A stretch of DNA of 64,000 bases, from positions 512,001 to 576,000 of the forward strand of contig CAVTLK010000004.1 in NCBI GenBank assembly GCA_963735595.1, given 5' to 3'. The translations under genes and the position numbers were made by a program. The notes beneath the pieces were generated by a model that had not been told where the DNA came from, made no database searches, and was given only the letters and a program-made list of their open reading frames with translations. This DNA is from an uncultured delta proteobacterium. GTDB lineage: Bacteria > Desulfobacterota > Zymogenia > Zymogenales > Zymogenaceae. Shown here in pieces: positions 52,397-63,833 of this stretch; within the stretch, counting starts at the first letter, position 1, and each line of letters opens with the position of its first letter.

Positions 52397-52771
52397 ATGC
52401 CCACCATTAATCAACTGGTGAGAAAAGGGCGGGAAAAGCTCAAGGCCAAAACAAAGGCCCCTGCCCTCCAGGGATCGCCCCAGAAACGGGGGGTCTGCGT
52501 CAGGGTATATACCACGACGCCGAAGAAACCTAACTCGGCGCTCAGGAAGGTGGCGCGCGTCAGGTTGACGAACGGAATCGAGGTGACCAGCTATATTCCC
52601 GGTGTCGGTCACAACCTTCAGGAGCACTCGGTGGTTCTCATCAGGGGTGGAAGGGTAAAGGACATCCCGGGCGTACGGTATCACATCGTCCGCGGAACCC
52701 TGGATACGCTCGGCGTCGCCAACCGCAAGCAGAGTCGATCCAAGTACGGCGCCAAGCGTCCGAAGGCCTAA
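52397..52771 (+). CDS. rpsL: 30S ribosomal protein S12
   Basis: [17 protein letters not shown]. Confidence 0.98.
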   Translation: MPTINQLVRKGREKLKAKTKAPALQGSPQKRGVCVRVYTTTPKKPNSALRKVARVRLTNGIEVTSYIPGVGHNLQEHSVVLIRGGRVKDIPGVRYHIVRGTLDTLGVANRKQSRSKYGAKRPKA

Positions 52772-52928
52772 CAAAGGCGCGGGTTCCCACGAAAGACGGG
52801 ACGCGGGCGACTGGGTGACTGTAATGGGGCGGGAGGCAGTGGGGCAGTAGCGTGAAGAACGATCTCGGAGAAAACCGGTAGAAGAGATAAATTAATATCG
52901 CATGTGTAAAGACTGATAAGGTAAAGAG

Positions 52929-53399
52929 ATGCCAAGACGGCGCGTAGTAGCAAAGAGGGTCATCTTGCCGGACCCGAAATTCAAAGATCGGCTCGTGGCC
53001 AAGTTCATCAATTCGCTGATGTACCAGGGCAAAAAAGGCGTTGGCGAGGAGATCTTCTATGATGCCATGGATATCGTCGCCGACAAGACGAAGAACGATC
53101 CGATTAGGGTCTTCAAAAAGGCGATGGATAATATCAAGCCGATTATAGAGGTAAAGGCCCGGCGTGTCGGCGGTTCGACCTATCAGGTGCCTATCGAGGT
53201 CAGGTCGGATCGGCGGGAGGCGCTCGGCATTCGCTGGCTTATACGGTACTCCCGTGCCAGGGGCGAGAAATCCATGCGGGATAAGCTAGCCGCCGAGATT
53301 ATCGACGCCTTCAACGGAAAGGGAGCGGCGGTCAAGAAGCGCGAAGAGACCCACCGGATGGCCGAGGCCAATAAGGCGTTTGCCCATTACCGCTGGTAG
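52929..53399 (+). CDS. rpsG: 30S ribosomal protein S7
   Basis: [24 protein letters not shown]. Confidence 0.98.
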   Translation: MPRRRVVAKRVILPDPKFKDRLVAKFINSLMYQGKKGVGEEIFYDAMDIVADKTKNDPIRVFKKAMDNIKPIIEVKARRVGGSTYQVPIEVRSDRREALGIRWLIRYSRARGEKSMRDKLAAEIIDAFNGKGAAVKKREETHRMAEANKAFAHYRW

Positions 53400-53420
53400 A
53401 TTATTTGAGAAAGTATATAT

Positions 53421-53448
53421 AGAAAGCCTTAATTGCGAGGCTTTTTTT
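53421..53448 (+). terminator. Intrinsic terminator-like hairpin between rpsG and fusA
   Basis: AAAGCCTT-AATTGC-GAGGCTTT followed by TTTT. Confidence 0.6.
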
Positions 53449-53461
53449 GTCCTAAGGGGAA

Positions 53462-55546
53462 GTGAGTCAGTTGAGAACGTTTCCACTTCATAAGATTCGT
53501 AACATCGGGATCATGGCCCACATCGATGCGGGCAAGACCACGACAACCGAGAGGATACTCTATTACACCGGTATATCCTACAAGATGGGTGAGGTGCACG
53601 AGGGAACGGCGGTCATGGACTGGATGGAGCAGGAACAGGAGCGCGGCATTACCATCACTTCGGCGGCTACCACCTGTCTCTGGAAAGATCACCGCATTAA
53701 TATCATCGATACGCCGGGTCACGTGGACTTTACCGCCGAGGTGGAGCGTTCACTTCGAGTTCTGGACGGAGTCGTTGCAGTATTTTGTGCGGTCGGCGGC
53801 GTAGAACCCCAATCCGAGACGGTCTGGCGCCAGGCTGATAAGTATAAAATCCCTCGTATCGCGTTCATCAATAAAATGGATAGGACCGGCGCGGACTACA
53901 CGCTGGTTATCTCCCAGATACAAGAGCGTTTGAAGGCGCGGCCGGTGTTGCTCCAGCTGCCCATTGGGGCTGAGGGCGATTTTTCGGGCATTGTCGATCT
54001 CATCGGGCGAAAAGGCTATATCTATGACGCGACGACGCTGGGCAGCAACTACCAGGAAATCGATATACCCGATCAGATAAAGCCCGAGACGGAGCGGATG
54101 CGCGAGCAAATGGTGGAGGCCGTCTGTGAGTACGACGATACAATGATGGCCCGCTATCTCGAGGGAGAGGACATCTCCGTATCGGAAATCTCCGCAGGAA
54201 TACGAAAGGCGACGGTCGAGGGTAAGATAATCCCCGTACTCCTGGGAGCCTCCTTCAAGAACAAGGGAGTACAGCAGCTCCTGGATGCCGTTGTCGATTA
54301 CCTGCCTTCCCCCCTTGACAGGCCCGAGATCACCGGGAAGAACCCCGATTCGAACGAAGAAATCGTTATTCCTCAGAAGGACGACGCGCCGTTTGCCGCG
54401 CTGGCCTTCAAGATCATGGCCGATCCCTATGTCGGCCAGCTGACATATATCAGGGTCTACAGCGGACACCTCAAGGCCGGGTCCGACGTCTATAACGCCA
54501 CCCGGCAAAAGAAGGAGCGGATCGGAAGGCTTCTCAAGGTGCACGCCAACAAAATGGAAGACATCAAGGATGTACTGACCGGCGACATCGCCGCGGTTGT
54601 GGGATTGAAGTCCACCAACACCGGTGATACGCTGTGCGATTCCAAATCGCCGGTCCTTCTTGAATCGGTGGAATTCCCCGAGCCGGTCATCTCGGTTGCA
54701 GTCGAGCCAAAATCGAAGGCAGACGAGGAAAAACTGGGCATTGCCCTGGGCAAGCTCGCCATGGAAGACCCGTCCTTCAAGGTCAGGGTCGATAAAGAGA
54801 CCGCGCAAACCCTGATTTCCGGGATGGGCGAGCTCCACCTTGAAATCATCGTAGATCGGCTCATGAGGGAATACAAGGTAGACGCGAAGGTCGGCAAACC
54901 GCAGGTCGCCTATAAAGAAACCATCACCAAGACATCCACGGCGGAGGGGAAATTCGTCCGCCAGTCGGGCGGCCGCGGCCAATACGGCCACGTGATCCTG
55001 ACGGTATCACCCAACGAGCAGGGGAAAGGTTTCGAGTTTCAGAACAAGGTCGTGGGGGGAAGGGTGCCGCGGGAGTACGTGCCGGCCGTGGAAAAGGGGA
55101 TACGGGGCGCACTCGATCAGGGGATTCTGGCCGGTTATCCCGTCGTGGACGTGAAGGTGACGCTGGACGACGGTTCATATCATGATGTGGACTCGTCGGA
55201 ATTCGCCTTTTCGGTGGCGGGCTCTATCGGGTTTAAAGAAGCGGTAAAGAAGGGATCACCGATCCTCCTGGAGCCGATTATGGACGTGGAGGTGGTGACG
55301 CCCGAGGAATTTACCGGTGACATCGTCGGGGATCTCAGCTCCCGGCGGGGTAAGATCTCGGGCATCGAGGCCCGCTCGGGCACCCAGGCGATACGGGCGC
55401 GGGTCCCTCTTGAAGAGATGTTCGGCTACGCCACCGATATTCGGTCAAAGACGCAGGGGCGGGCCACCTACACGATGCAGTTTATGCACTACGAAGAGGT
55501 CCCGCACCAGAAATCGACCGAGATCATGGCCGGGGCCAAGGGGTAG
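53462..55546 (+). CDS. fusA: Elongation factor G
   Basis: [25 protein letters not shown]. Confidence 0.98.
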   Translation: MSQLRTFPLHKIRNIGIMAHIDAGKTTTTERILYYTGISYKMGEVHEGTAVMDWMEQEQERGITITSAATTCLWKDHRINIIDTPGHVDFTAEVERSLRVLDGVVAVFCAVGGVEPQSETVWRQADKYKIPRIAFINKMDRTGADYTLVISQIQERLKARPVLLQLPIGAEGDFSGIVDLIGRKGYIYDATTLGSNYQEIDIPDQIKPETERMREQMVEAVCEYDDTMMARYLEGEDISVSEISAGIRKATVEGKIIPVLLGASFKNKGVQQLLDAVVDYLPSPLDRPEITGKNPDSNEEIVIPQKDDAPFAALAFKIMADPYVGQLTYIRVYSGHLKAGSDVYNATRQKKERIGRLLKVHANKMEDIKDVLTGDIAAVVGLKSTNTGDTLCDSKSPVLLESVEFPEPVISVAVEPKSKADEEKLGIALGKLAMEDPSFKVRVDKETAQTLISGMGELHLEIIVDRLMREYKVDAKVGKPQVAYKETITKTSTAEGKFVRQSGGRGQYGHVILTVSPNEQGKGFEFQNKVVGGRVPREYVPAVEKGIRGALDQGILAGYPVVDVKVTLDDGSYHDVDSSEFAFSVAGSIGFKEAVKKGSPILLEPIMDVEVVTPEEFTGDIVGDLSSRRGKISGIEARSGTQAIRARVPLEEMFGYATDIRSKTQGRATYTMQFMHYEEVPHQKSTEIMAGAKG

Positions 55547-55685
55547 GGGTCGGCGGTTTGCCGACGCCGAGATCGAAGGGCCGCCGAAAGTGCGGGCAGA
55601 CGCTGAACAATAGATAGAAAAAATGCAAACGAAATGCTTGTTTGCGTACCAATAACTGTCAGGAATTGATTCTAAGGATACTGAG

Positions 55686-56885
55686 ATGGCAAAGAAGAAG
55701 TTTGAGCGGACCAAGCCACACGTGAACGTCGGGACGATCGGTCACATTGACCACGGCAAGACGACGTTGACGGCGGCGATTACGCGTGTGCTGGCGGCGC
55801 AGGGCAAGGGTTTTGCGGATTACGTACCGTTTGACCAGATTGACAAGGCGCCGGAGGAGAAGGAGCGTGGGATCACGATTGCGACGGCGCACGTAGAATA
55901 CTCGACTGAGAAGCGGCACTATGCGCACGTGGACTGTCCCGGGCACGCGGACTATATCAAGAACATGATTACGGGCGCGGCGCAGATGGACGGTGCGATT
56001 TTGGTTGTTGGCGCCAACGACGGTCCGATGCCTCAGACGCGGGAGCACATATTGCTGGCGCGGCAGGTTGGCGTTCCGTACATGGTGGTATTTTTAAACA
56101 AGGTTGACATGGTTGACGATCCGGAGCTGATCGAGCTGGTAGAGCTGGAGCTTCGGGAGTTGTTGACTGCGTACGAGTTTCCGGGTGAGGAGATACCGAT
56201 CATTCGGGGCAGTGCGTTGAAGGCATTGGAGAGCGGTGATCCGAATAGTCCGGACACGAAGTGCATATTCGAGTTACTGGACGCATTGGACAGCTACATT
56301 CCGGTGCCGGAGCGTCCGGTTGATAAGCCCTTCCTGATGCCGATCGAGGACGTATTTTCGATTTCGGGACGTGGGACGGTTGTGACGGGCCGTATTGACC
56401 GGGGTATTGTAAAGACGGGCGAGGAGGTAGAGATTGTTGGTATTCGTCCGACGGTCAAGACGGTATGCACGGGCGTGGAGATGTTCAGGAAGACGCTGGA
56501 CGAGGGCCGCGCGGGGGACAACGTTGGGGTATTGCTGCGGGGCACGAAGCGGGACGATGTAGAGCGTGGGCAGGTTGTGGCCAAGCCGGGCAGCATCAAG
56601 CCGCATAAGAAGTTCAAGGCGTCGGTATATATATTGACGAAGGAAGAGGGTGGTCGCCACACGCCGTTTTTCCCCGGGTATCGTCCGCAGTTTTATTTTC
56701 GGACGACTGACGTGACGGGAGTGTGCACGTTGCCTGAGGGGACGGAGATGGTGATGCCGGGGGATAACACGAATTTGGCCATTGAGTTGATCACGCCGAT
56801 CGCGATGGAGAAAGAGCTTCGATTCGCGATTCGCGAGGGCGGCAGGACCGTGGGCGCCGGCGTCGTCAGCGACATCATGGAGTAA
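55686..56885 (+). CDS. tuf: Elongation factor Tu, copy 2 (intact)
   Basis: Full-length 399 aa EF-Tu. Confidence 0.99.
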   Translation: MAKKKFERTKPHVNVGTIGHIDHGKTTLTAAITRVLAAQGKGFADYVPFDQIDKAPEEKERGITIATAHVEYSTEKRHYAHVDCPGHADYIKNMITGAAQMDGAILVVGANDGPMPQTREHILLARQVGVPYMVVFLNKVDMVDDPELIELVELELRELLTAYEFPGEEIPIIRGSALKALESGDPNSPDTKCIFELLDALDSYIPVPERPVDKPFLMPIEDVFSISGRGTVVTGRIDRGIVKTGEEVEIVGIRPTVKTVCTGVEMFRKTLDEGRAGDNVGVLLRGTKRDDVERGQVVAKPGSIKPHKKFKASVYILTKEEGGRHTPFFPGYRPQFYFRTTDVTGVCTLPEGTEMVMPGDNTNLAIELITPIAMEKELRFAIREGGRTVGAGVVSDIME

Positions 56886-56912
56886 GGCGACCTTTTTTGG
56901 AGGAATAGTCCA

Positions 56913-57221
56913 ATGCCCGCACAGAAGATACGGATCAGGCTTAAGGCCTACGATCATAAGCTCCTGGATCAATCGGCAGGCGAGATCATTGAAACCGCGC
57001 GCCGAACGGGAGCCAGGGTTGCCGGCCCCATTCCGCTGCCGACGGTGATAAATCGGTACTGCGTGTTGCGTTCTCCGCATATCGATAAGAAATCTCGTGA
57101 GCAGTTTGAAATCAGGACTCATAAGCGGATACTTGATATTCTCGAACCAACCCAGCAGACGGTCGATGCCCTCATGAGACTTGACCTGTCGGCCGGCGTT
57201 AATGTTGAGATAAAACTATAA
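56913..57221 (+). CDS. rpsJ: 30S ribosomal protein S10
   Basis: [23 protein letters not shown]. Confidence 0.98.
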   Translation: MPAQKIRIRLKAYDHKLLDQSAGEIIETARRTGARVAGPIPLPTVINRYCVLRSPHIDKKSREQFEIRTHKRILDILEPTQQTVDALMRLDLSAGVNVEIKL

Positions 57222-57280
57222 ACCATACACCGGTGTCCGAACCGCCCGTCGGGCGGCGTCGGTAAGGGCCGGGAGGTGAC

Positions 57281-57910
57281 ATGGCTACTGGAATAATCGG
57301 TAAGAAACTCGGCATGACCCAGGTCTTCGACGAATCGGGAAACCACATACCCGTTACCGTCCTGGAGGCGGGTCCCTGTACCGTCGTGGACGTCAGGACT
57401 CCCAAGCGCAACGGGTATGCGGCGGTGGCCCTCGGTTTCGGGAAAAAAGACCTCAAAAAGGTTAATAAACCGAAACGAGGACTCTTCGAAAAAGTCGGGA
57501 GTTCAGCCTTCGCGGTGGTCAAGGAATTCAGGATATCCGAAGACGGGATAGATGAATTCGCGCCGGGTCAGGAAATCACCGTCCAGATGTTCTCGATTGG
57601 ACAGCTGGTCGATGTGGTTGGTATCTCCAAGGGAAGGGGTTTTGCCGGCGTCGTTAAACGCTGGGGTTTCCACGGCGGCCGTGCGACTCATGGATCGCGC
57701 TTCCACCGGGCCCCGGGTTCCATCGGCATGTGCGCCGACCCGTCCAGGACATTCAAAGGGCGCAAGCTCCCCGGACACCTGGGGGATTCCCGGGTAACGG
57801 TCAAGGACCTCTCGATCGTGGATGTAAAACCCGAAAAGAATATCATCCTGATTAAGGGAGCAATCCCCGGAGCCAAGGATGGAATCGTATTTATTAAGGG
57901 AATTAGTTAA
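57281..57910 (+). CDS. rplC: 50S ribosomal protein L3
   Basis: GKKLGMTQ, SKGRGFAG, HRAPGSIG. Confidence 0.97.
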   Translation: MATGIIGKKLGMTQVFDESGNHIPVTVLEAGPCTVVDVRTPKRNGYAAVALGFGKKDLKKVNKPKRGLFEKVGSSAFAVVKEFRISEDGIDEFAPGQEITVQMFSIGQLVDVVGISKGRGFAGVVKRWGFHGGRATHGSRFHRAPGSIGMCADPSRTFKGRKLPGHLGDSRVTVKDLSIVDVKPEKNIILIKGAIPGAKDGIVFIKGIS

Positions 57911-57924
57911 TCGGGAGATGACCC

Positions 57925-58545
57925 ATGTCAAAGATTGACGTATATAATTCGAATAAAGAGGTCGTCTCATCGGTCGAGTTGAATTCGGCCGTGTTCGGAG
58001 TCGAAGCCAAGGAGCATCTCTTCTGGGACGTAGTGAAGATGCAGCTGGCTAATCGGCGCAGCGGCACCGCTCGCACGAAAACGAGGGCGGAGGTCGCGGG
58101 CAGCGGCAAGAAACCGTACCGGCAGAAGGGAACGGGACGCGCCCGGGCAGGATCCGTCACCTCTCCAATCTGGGTGGGCGGCGGCACCATATTCGGCCCA
58201 AAACCCCGGGATCATTACTATAAGGTCCCTAAGAAGGTCAGGAAGGCGGCCCTCCGCAGCGCGCTGATAAAGAAGCTCTCCGATGGAAAGCTGACTGTTA
58301 TAGAGTCCTTCGATATCTCCGAGATCAAGACAAAGCGCTTTCTTGAGATTATAGGAAAGCTCGGTCTCTCAAAGGCCCTTATCGTCATTGCCGAGCACGA
58401 CAAAAATCTTGAATTATCGGCGCGCAATGTACGGGGGATAAAGATCCTGATGGCCGAGGGGCTCAACGTATTTGATATCCTGAAGTTTGATAACCTTGTG
58501 GTTACGCGTGGAGCGCTTGAAAACATACATAAGGCCCTGTCATGA
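57925..58545 (+). CDS. rplD: 50S ribosomal protein L4
   Basis: KPYRQKGTGRARAGS. Confidence 0.97.
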   Translation: MSKIDVYNSNKEVVSSVELNSAVFGVEAKEHLFWDVVKMQLANRRSGTARTKTRAEVAGSGKKPYRQKGTGRARAGSVTSPIWVGGGTIFGPKPRDHYYKVPKKVRKAALRSALIKKLSDGKLTVIESFDISEIKTKRFLEIIGKLGLSKALIVIAEHDKNLELSARNVRGIKILMAEGLNVFDILKFDNLVVTRGALENIHKALS

Positions 58546-58832
58546 AAAATCATTATGACGTGCTCCTGGAGCCGATCATCACCGAGAAAAGCAACATCCA
58601 GAAGGAAGAAGCACAGCAGGTAACGTTCCGCGTCCCGCTCTGGGCGACGAAGATCGAGGTCAGGAAGGCCGTTGAGAAAATCTTCAACAAAAAGGTCGTT
58701 GAAGTCAAGACCGTTACGATGCGGGGTAAGACCAAGAGAGTCGGGCGTTCTCATGGGAAGCTTCCCGACTGGAAGAAGGCAATTGTCCGTCTCAAACCCG
58801 GGGAGCGTATCGACTTCTTTGAGGGAGTATAA
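58542..58832 (+). CDS. rplW: 50S ribosomal protein L23
   Basis: PIITEKS, WKKAIV.L. Confidence 0.96.
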   Translation: MKNHYDVLLEPIITEKSNIQKEEAQQVTFRVPLWATKIEVRKAVEKIFNKKVVEVKTVTMRGKTKRVGRSHGKLPDWKKAIVRLKPGERIDFFEGV

Positions 58833-58838
58833 CCAGAC

Positions 58839-59660
58839 ATGACCGTTAAGAAATACAAGCCTACATCGCCCGGCAGGAGATTCCAGGAAGTCGCTGACTT
58901 TTCGGGATTGACGAAGAAGGCACCTGAAAAAAGCCTCATCCAACCACTGAAGAGCTCCGGCGGAAGGAACAATGCCGGGACTATTACGATGCGGCGACGT
59001 GGCGACGGGCACAAACGGCGCTACCGCATTATTGATTTCAAACGCGATAAGCGTGAAATTCCGGCAAAGGTGTTTTCTATCGAGTATGATCCGAACCGGT
59101 CGGCGCGTATCGCGCTGCTCCACTACGTGGATGGCGAGAAGCGCTACATCATCGCCCCGGTGGGGCTTTCGGTCGGAGAAGAGGTGGTCGTTTCCGAGAC
59201 CGCGGAGATCAAGCCGGGTAACGCAATGCCTCTTAAGAATATCCCGCTCGGCACGCAGATCCACAACATCGAGCTCAAGCCGGGAAAGGGCGGGCAGATA
59301 GTCCGATCGGCGGGGGCCTCGGCCCAGCTTATGGCCAAGGAAGGTAATTACGTTCAGGTGAAGCTCCCCTCGGGGGAGGTTCGTCTGGTCCGAAAGGAAT
59401 GCGTTGCGACGATCGGCGTTGTCGGAAACGCCGACCACGGCAACATCAGCATTGGGAAGGCGGGGCGTTCCCGATGGCTCGGCAAGCGGCCGAAGGTACG
59501 GGGCGTGGCCATGAACCCGATCGACCATCCCCATGGCGGCGGCGAGGGGAAGACCTCGGGTGGCAGACACCCGGTAACGCCCTGGGGCGTGCCTACCAAG
59601 GGGCACAAGACGCGTTCGAATAAAGAGACCGACCGGTATATCGTGAAGAGGAGAAGCTGA
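58839..59660 (+). CDS. rplB: 50S ribosomal protein L2
   Basis: [25 protein letters not shown]. Confidence 0.98.
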   Translation: MTVKKYKPTSPGRRFQEVADFSGLTKKAPEKSLIQPLKSSGGRNNAGTITMRRRGDGHKRRYRIIDFKRDKREIPAKVFSIEYDPNRSARIALLHYVDGEKRYIIAPVGLSVGEEVVVSETAEIKPGNAMPLKNIPLGTQIHNIELKPGKGGQIVRSAGASAQLMAKEGNYVQVKLPSGEVRLVRKECVATIGVVGNADHGNISIGKAGRSRWLGKRPKVRGVAMNPIDHPHGGGEGKTSGGRHPVTPWGVPTKGHKTRSNKETDRYIVKRRS

Positions 59661-59662
59661 GT

Positions 59663-59953
59663 ATGGCACGATCCCTCAAAAAAGGCCCATTTATCGACGA
59701 CCATCTCATGAAGAAGGTCACCGTGTCGCAGAATACCGGTGATCGCCAGGTCATCAAAACATGGTCCCGGCGTTCAACAGTTATTCCGGAGATGGTAGGG
59801 CTGACGATTGCGATTCACAACGGGAGGAAGTTCATCCCTGTATTCATCACCGAGAATATGGTGGGCTATAAACTGGGAGAATTTTCGCCGACTCGGACCT
59901 TCTTCGGACATGCCGCAGATAAGAAGGCGAAACTCCGGGGCAAAAAGAGATAG
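59663..59953 (+). CDS. rpsS: 30S ribosomal protein S19
   Basis: [24 protein letters not shown]. Confidence 0.97.
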   Translation: MARSLKKGPFIDDHLMKKVTVSQNTGDRQVIKTWSRRSTVIPEMVGLTIAIHNGRKFIPVFITENMVGYKLGEFSPTRTFFGHAADKKAKLRGKKR

Positions 59954-59965
59954 GGGCGCAGGACG

Positions 59966-60298
59966 ATGGAAATGACGGCTAAGACACGATTCGTGAGGAT
60001 CTCTCCCTATAAGGTAAGGCTGGTGGCCGACATGGTCCGGGGCAAGCCCGTCGGTATAGCGCGGGATCTCCTCAACCTAACCGACAAAAAGGCTTCGGCC
60101 CTCGTCAAGAAATTGATCGACAGCGCCGTGGCCAACGCCGGCCAGAATAAAGAAATCGACGTCGATAATCTCTACGTCGGTCGGATTTTCGTCGATCAGG
60201 GACCCTCGTGGAAACGATTTCGTCCACGCTCGATGGGGAGATTCAACCGTATTTTGAAAAGAACGAGCCACATTACCGTGGTTCTCGAAGAGAAATAA
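59966..60298 (+). CDS. rplV: 50S ribosomal protein L22
   Basis: [21 protein letters not shown]. Confidence 0.96.
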   Translation: MEMTAKTRFVRISPYKVRLVADMVRGKPVGIARDLLNLTDKKASALVKKLIDSAVANAGQNKEIDVDNLYVGRIFVDQGPSWKRFRPRSMGRFNRILKRTSHITVVLEEK

Positions 60299-60311
60299 CT
60301 GGAGGAAAGCT

Positions 60312-60959
60312 GTGGGTCATAAGGTTAATCCCATCGGATTAAGGCTCGGTATCATTCGCGACTGGAATTCGAAATGGTACGGCATGAAGGATTATCAGAA
60401 GAACCTCCATGATGACATTGCCATACGCAAGTATATTAAGAAAAATTTCTATCACGCCGGCATCGCAAAGATAGAAATAGAGCGGGCCGCGTCCAAGGCG
60501 TCGGTTAATATCTATACGGCCCGCCCCGGCATCATCATCGGCAGGAAAGGTTCAGAGATCGAGAACATCCGCAAGGGCCTTGTCAAGGTGACCGGTAACG
60601 ACATCTCCATAAATATCAAGGAAATCAAGAAACCGGAAACGAATGCGCAGTTAATAGCGGAAAACGTTGCCACCCAGCTCGAACGCCGGGTTTCCTTCCG
60701 TCGCGCCATGAAGAAATCGGTATTTGGCGCGCTGAAGCTCGGCGTAGAGGGTATAAAAATCGCCTGTGCCGGCCGACTCGGAGGGGCGGAAATGGCCCGC
60801 CGGGAATGGTACCGGGAAGGGCGGGTGCCGCTTCACACGCTTCGGGCGGATATCGATTACGGTACGGCCATAGCCCAAACGACGTACGGGATCATCGGAA
60901 TAAAGGTTTGGGTGTTCAATGGCGAGGTGCTCCCCGGTGATAAGGCGCGTCCCCTGTAG
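60312..60959 (+). CDS. rpsC: 30S ribosomal protein S3
   Basis: [26 protein letters not shown]. Confidence 0.97.
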   Translation: MGHKVNPIGLRLGIIRDWNSKWYGMKDYQKNLHDDIAIRKYIKKNFYHAGIAKIEIERAASKASVNIYTARPGIIIGRKGSEIENIRKGLVKVTGNDISINIKEIKKPETNAQLIAENVATQLERRVSFRRAMKKSVFGALKLGVEGIKIACAGRLGGAEMARREWYREGRVPLHTLRADIDYGTAIAQTTYGIIGIKVWVFNGEVLPGDKARPL

Positions 60960-60971
60960 GAGGAATAGACC

Positions 60972-61394
60972 ATGTTAATGCCCAAGAAAGTAAAATACAG
61001 AAAGCAGCAGAAGGGACGTATGACAGGTGTCCGTACCAGGGGAGCGACCATCAGCTTCGGTGAATACGGTCTCCAGGTTTTGGTTCCCGGAAGGATCACG
61101 GCCCGGCAGATAGAAGCCGCTCGTATCGCCATGACGCGGTACATCAAGAGGGGCGGAAAGATCTGGATTCGCATCTTTCCCGATAAGCCGGTCTGCAAAA
61201 AACCCGCAGAGACCCGCATGGGAAAGGGTAAGGGAAGCGTCGAGGAATGGGTGGTCGTCGTAAGACCCGGAAGGATTCTCTATGAAATGGAAGGGGTAAG
61301 CGAGGAACAGGCGCGAGAGGCCCTGCGGCTGGCCGCGCGCAAACTGCCGCTTGCAACCCGGTTCGTCTCAAGGAGCACGGAATATGAAGGCTAG
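60972..61394 (+). CDS. rplP: 50S ribosomal protein L16
   Basis: QIEAAR, RMGKGKG. Confidence 0.97.
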   Translation: MLMPKKVKYRKQQKGRMTGVRTRGATISFGEYGLQVLVPGRITARQIEAARIAMTRYIKRGGKIWIRIFPDKPVCKKPAETRMGKGKGSVEEWVVVVRPGRILYEMEGVSEEQAREALRLAARKLPLATRFVSRSTEYEG

Positions 61395-61590
61395 CGAATT
61401 GAGGGATTTATCGGTCGGGGAACTCAAGGAGCGCCACCTTACGCTGGCCCAGGAGGTTTTCAACCTGAGGTTTCAGCGGGCGGCCAACCAACTTGAAGAT
61501 AAACGCAAGATCAGGAATACTCGCAAAGAGATAGCCCGTGTGTTGACCGTGATCGCCCAGAAGGAGCGGTCCGAGGGAGGGGATGCATAA
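61384..61590 (+). CDS. rpmC: 50S ribosomal protein L29
   Basis: [22 protein letters not shown]. Confidence 0.95.
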   Translation: MKASELRDLSVGELKERHLTLAQEVFNLRFQRAANQLEDKRKIRNTRKEIARVLTVIAQKERSEGGDA

Positions 61591-61849
61591 GATGGAAACG
61601 CAGTTAAAACGCAGAACCCTCACGGGCACGGTGGTGAGCGATAAGATGGAAAAGACCATCGTCGTCCAGGTCGAGCGAACGGTTATGCACGCGAAGTATA
61701 AGAAATACATCAACAGACGCGATAAATATATGGCCCACGATCCCGAGGGTCAGTGCGGCATAGGTGATCTGGTCGTGATTATGGAGAGTCGACCGTTGAG
61801 CAGGCACAAACGCTGGGTGCTCAAGGATGTGCTACAAAAGGCGGTGTAA
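61583..61849 (+). CDS. rpsQ: 30S ribosomal protein S17
   Basis: GTVVSDKMEKT, ESRPLSRHKRW. Confidence 0.96.
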   Translation: MHKMETQLKRRTLTGTVVSDKMEKTIVVQVERTVMHAKYKKYINRRDKYMAHDPEGQCGIGDLVVIMESRPLSRHKRWVLKDVLQKAV

Positions 61850-61869
61850 GCCCGCGCGAGGGATAAGAA

Positions 61870-62238
61870 ATGATACAGATGCAGACGTTGCTCAATGTTG
61901 CCGACAACTCCGGCGCCCGCAAACTATACACGATTAAGGTCCTCGGCGGATCGAAACGGAAATACGCCGCCCTCGGTGACGTGGTGACGGTATCCGTGAG
62001 AGAGGCCATACCGACCGGAAAGGTGAAAAAGGGAGAGGTACTCAAAGCCGTGATCGTTCGAACGAAGAAGGAAGTCAGAAGGCAGGACGGCACGTATATA
62101 AAGTTCGACGATAACTCGGCAGTCCTCATTAATAATCAGAATGAGCCGATCGGGACGCGTATATTTGGACCCGTAGCGCGAGAGCTTCGCGCGAAAAGGT
62201 TCATGAAGATCGTATCTCTGGCGCCCGAGGTCTTATGA
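61870..62238 (+). CDS. rplN: 50S ribosomal protein L14
   Basis: [26 protein letters not shown]. Confidence 0.98.
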   Translation: MIQMQTLLNVADNSGARKLYTIKVLGGSKRKYAALGDVVTVSVREAIPTGKVKKGEVLKAVIVRTKKEVRRQDGTYIKFDDNSAVLINNQNEPIGTRIFGPVARELRAKRFMKIVSLAPEVL

Positions 62239-62252
62239 TAAGGGAGGGATCG

Positions 62253-62585
62253 GTGGACACCGTCAAGACCAAGATTAAGAAAAATGATATCGTTCAGGTC
62301 ATCTCGGGCAAGCAGAAGGGCGAAAAGGGGAAGGTGTTGAAAGTCGACCGCGAGAAGGGCCGAATCTTCGTAGAGAAGGTGAACGTTATCAAGAGGCACC
62401 TTAGGCCGAGTGCTGCTCACCGGCAGGGTGGTATCGTTGAAAAGGAAGGGGCCGTTAATATTTCCAATGTTATGCTCCTTTGCCCGAAGTGCAAGCTTCC
62501 GACCAAGGTCGGAACGCGGCTTCTCGAAGACAGTTCCAAGGTTCGAATCTGCAAGAAGTGTGATGAAATACTTGATGATAAGTAA
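62253..62585 (+). CDS. rplX: 50S ribosomal protein L24
   Basis: KKND.VQVISGK KOW motif; GTG start after GGAGGG. Confidence 0.95.
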   Translation: MDTVKTKIKKNDIVQVISGKQKGEKGKVLKVDREKGRIFVEKVNVIKRHLRPSAAHRQGGIVEKEGAVNISNVMLLCPKCKLPTKVGTRLLEDSSKVRICKKCDEILDDK

Positions 62586-62596
62586 ATGGTGATTGT

Positions 62597-63139
62597 ATGG
62601 CTCGTTTGAAGGACTACTACAAGAAAGAGATTGTTCCGCGCTTAACCAAGGATTTTGCGTACAAGAACGTCATGCAGGTGCCCAAGATCACCAAGATCGT
62701 CGTGAATATGGGATTGGGCGAGGCGCTCTCAAACATCAAGATCCTCGACAGCGCGTCCGAAGAGATCTCTCTGATAACCGGGCAGCGGCCCATTATCACT
62801 AAGGCTCGCAGATCGGTCGCGAATTTCAAGCTGCGCGAGGGCAACCCGATCGGCTGTGCGGTGACGCTGAGAAGGGAAAAGATGTATGAGTTTCTCGATA
62901 GGCTGGTCAACGTGGCCCTCCCGCGCGTTAGGGACTTTAGGGGGATATCCCCCAAAGGGTTCGACGGAAGGGGAAACTACACCTTCGGGATCAAAGAACA
63001 GATTATATTCCCCGAGATCAGCTACGACAAGATAGATAAGATCAAGGGAATGAATATCACCGTTGTCACCACCGCTAAAACGGATGAAGAGGCGCGGTCC
63101 CTGTTGAGATATCTCGGCATGCCCTTTGCCGGATCATAA
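62597..63139 (+). CDS. rplE: 50S ribosomal protein L5
   Basis: [20 protein letters not shown]. Confidence 0.97.
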   Translation: MARLKDYYKKEIVPRLTKDFAYKNVMQVPKITKIVVNMGLGEALSNIKILDSASEEISLITGQRPIITKARRSVANFKLREGNPIGCAVTLRREKMYEFLDRLVNVALPRVRDFRGISPKGFDGRGNYTFGIKEQIIFPEISYDKIDKIKGMNITVVTTAKTDEEARSLLRYLGMPFAGS

Positions 63140-63157
63140 AAAAAGAGGAGATGTTCT

Positions 63158-63343
63158 GTGGCAAAGAAGTCACTGATCGCCAAAGCGAAACGGAAACCAA
63201 AGTTTTCCTCAAGACGGTATAATAGATGCCCCATCTGCGGGCGGCCGCGGGGATATCACCGGAAGTTCGATATGTGTCGTATCTGCCTGAGGCTGTATGC
63301 TTCCAAGGGTGATATTCCCGGTGTAATAAAATCGAGCTGGTAA
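63158..63343 (+). CDS. rpsN: 30S ribosomal protein S14 (type Z)
   Basis: [20 protein letters not shown]. Confidence 0.96.
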   Translation: MAKKSLIAKAKRKPKFSSRRYNRCPICGRPRGYHRKFDMCRICLRLYASKGDIPGVIKSSW

Positions 63344-63359
63344 GAGTGAGGAGTGAGCG

Positions 63360-63755
63360 ATGATAACGGACCCGATCGCCGATATGCTGACCCGCATCAG
63401 GAATGGCGTTAAAGCGAAATTTGAAGTTGTTGACATTCCGTCTTCGAAGATAAAAGAATCGATAGCCAAGTTACTGGTGCAGGAAGGGTATGTCGAGAGC
63501 TATAAAGTCTTGGAAGACAACAAACAAAATATCCTTCGGATACACCTCAAGTACGACCGGGGGAAAGACGGAGCCATAAACAAGGTTATACGTGTTTCGA
63601 AACCGGGTCGCAGGGTCTACGTCGATAAAGACGAAATCCCCATGGTCTTACGGGGGTACGGGATCGCAATTCTCTCTACCTCGCGGGGCGTTATTACCGA
63701 CAAGGAAGCGCGGAAAGCCGGGATCGGCGGCGAAGTGATCTGTAAGATCTGGTAA
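63360..63755 (+). CDS. rpsH: 30S ribosomal protein S8
   Basis: [24 protein letters not shown]. Confidence 0.97.
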   Translation: MITDPIADMLTRIRNGVKAKFEVVDIPSSKIKESIAKLLVQEGYVESYKVLEDNKQNILRIHLKYDRGKDGAINKVIRVSKPGRRVYVDKDEIPMVLRGYGIAILSTSRGVITDKEARKAGIGGEVICKIW

Positions 63756-63833
63756 GGTGGGCCGATAGCGATTTACGGGTGGTCCTGTGGAGACCAACCC
63801 ATCACTCATAGCGCACGAGTCAAAAGGTATACC

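Noticed and set aside
58218..59669. Long antisense ORFs (this 483-aa one, also 53750-54991, 24886-26217, 8340-9500)
   Set aside because: Shadow ORFs opposite well-conserved genes in GC-rich DNA, with no motifs.
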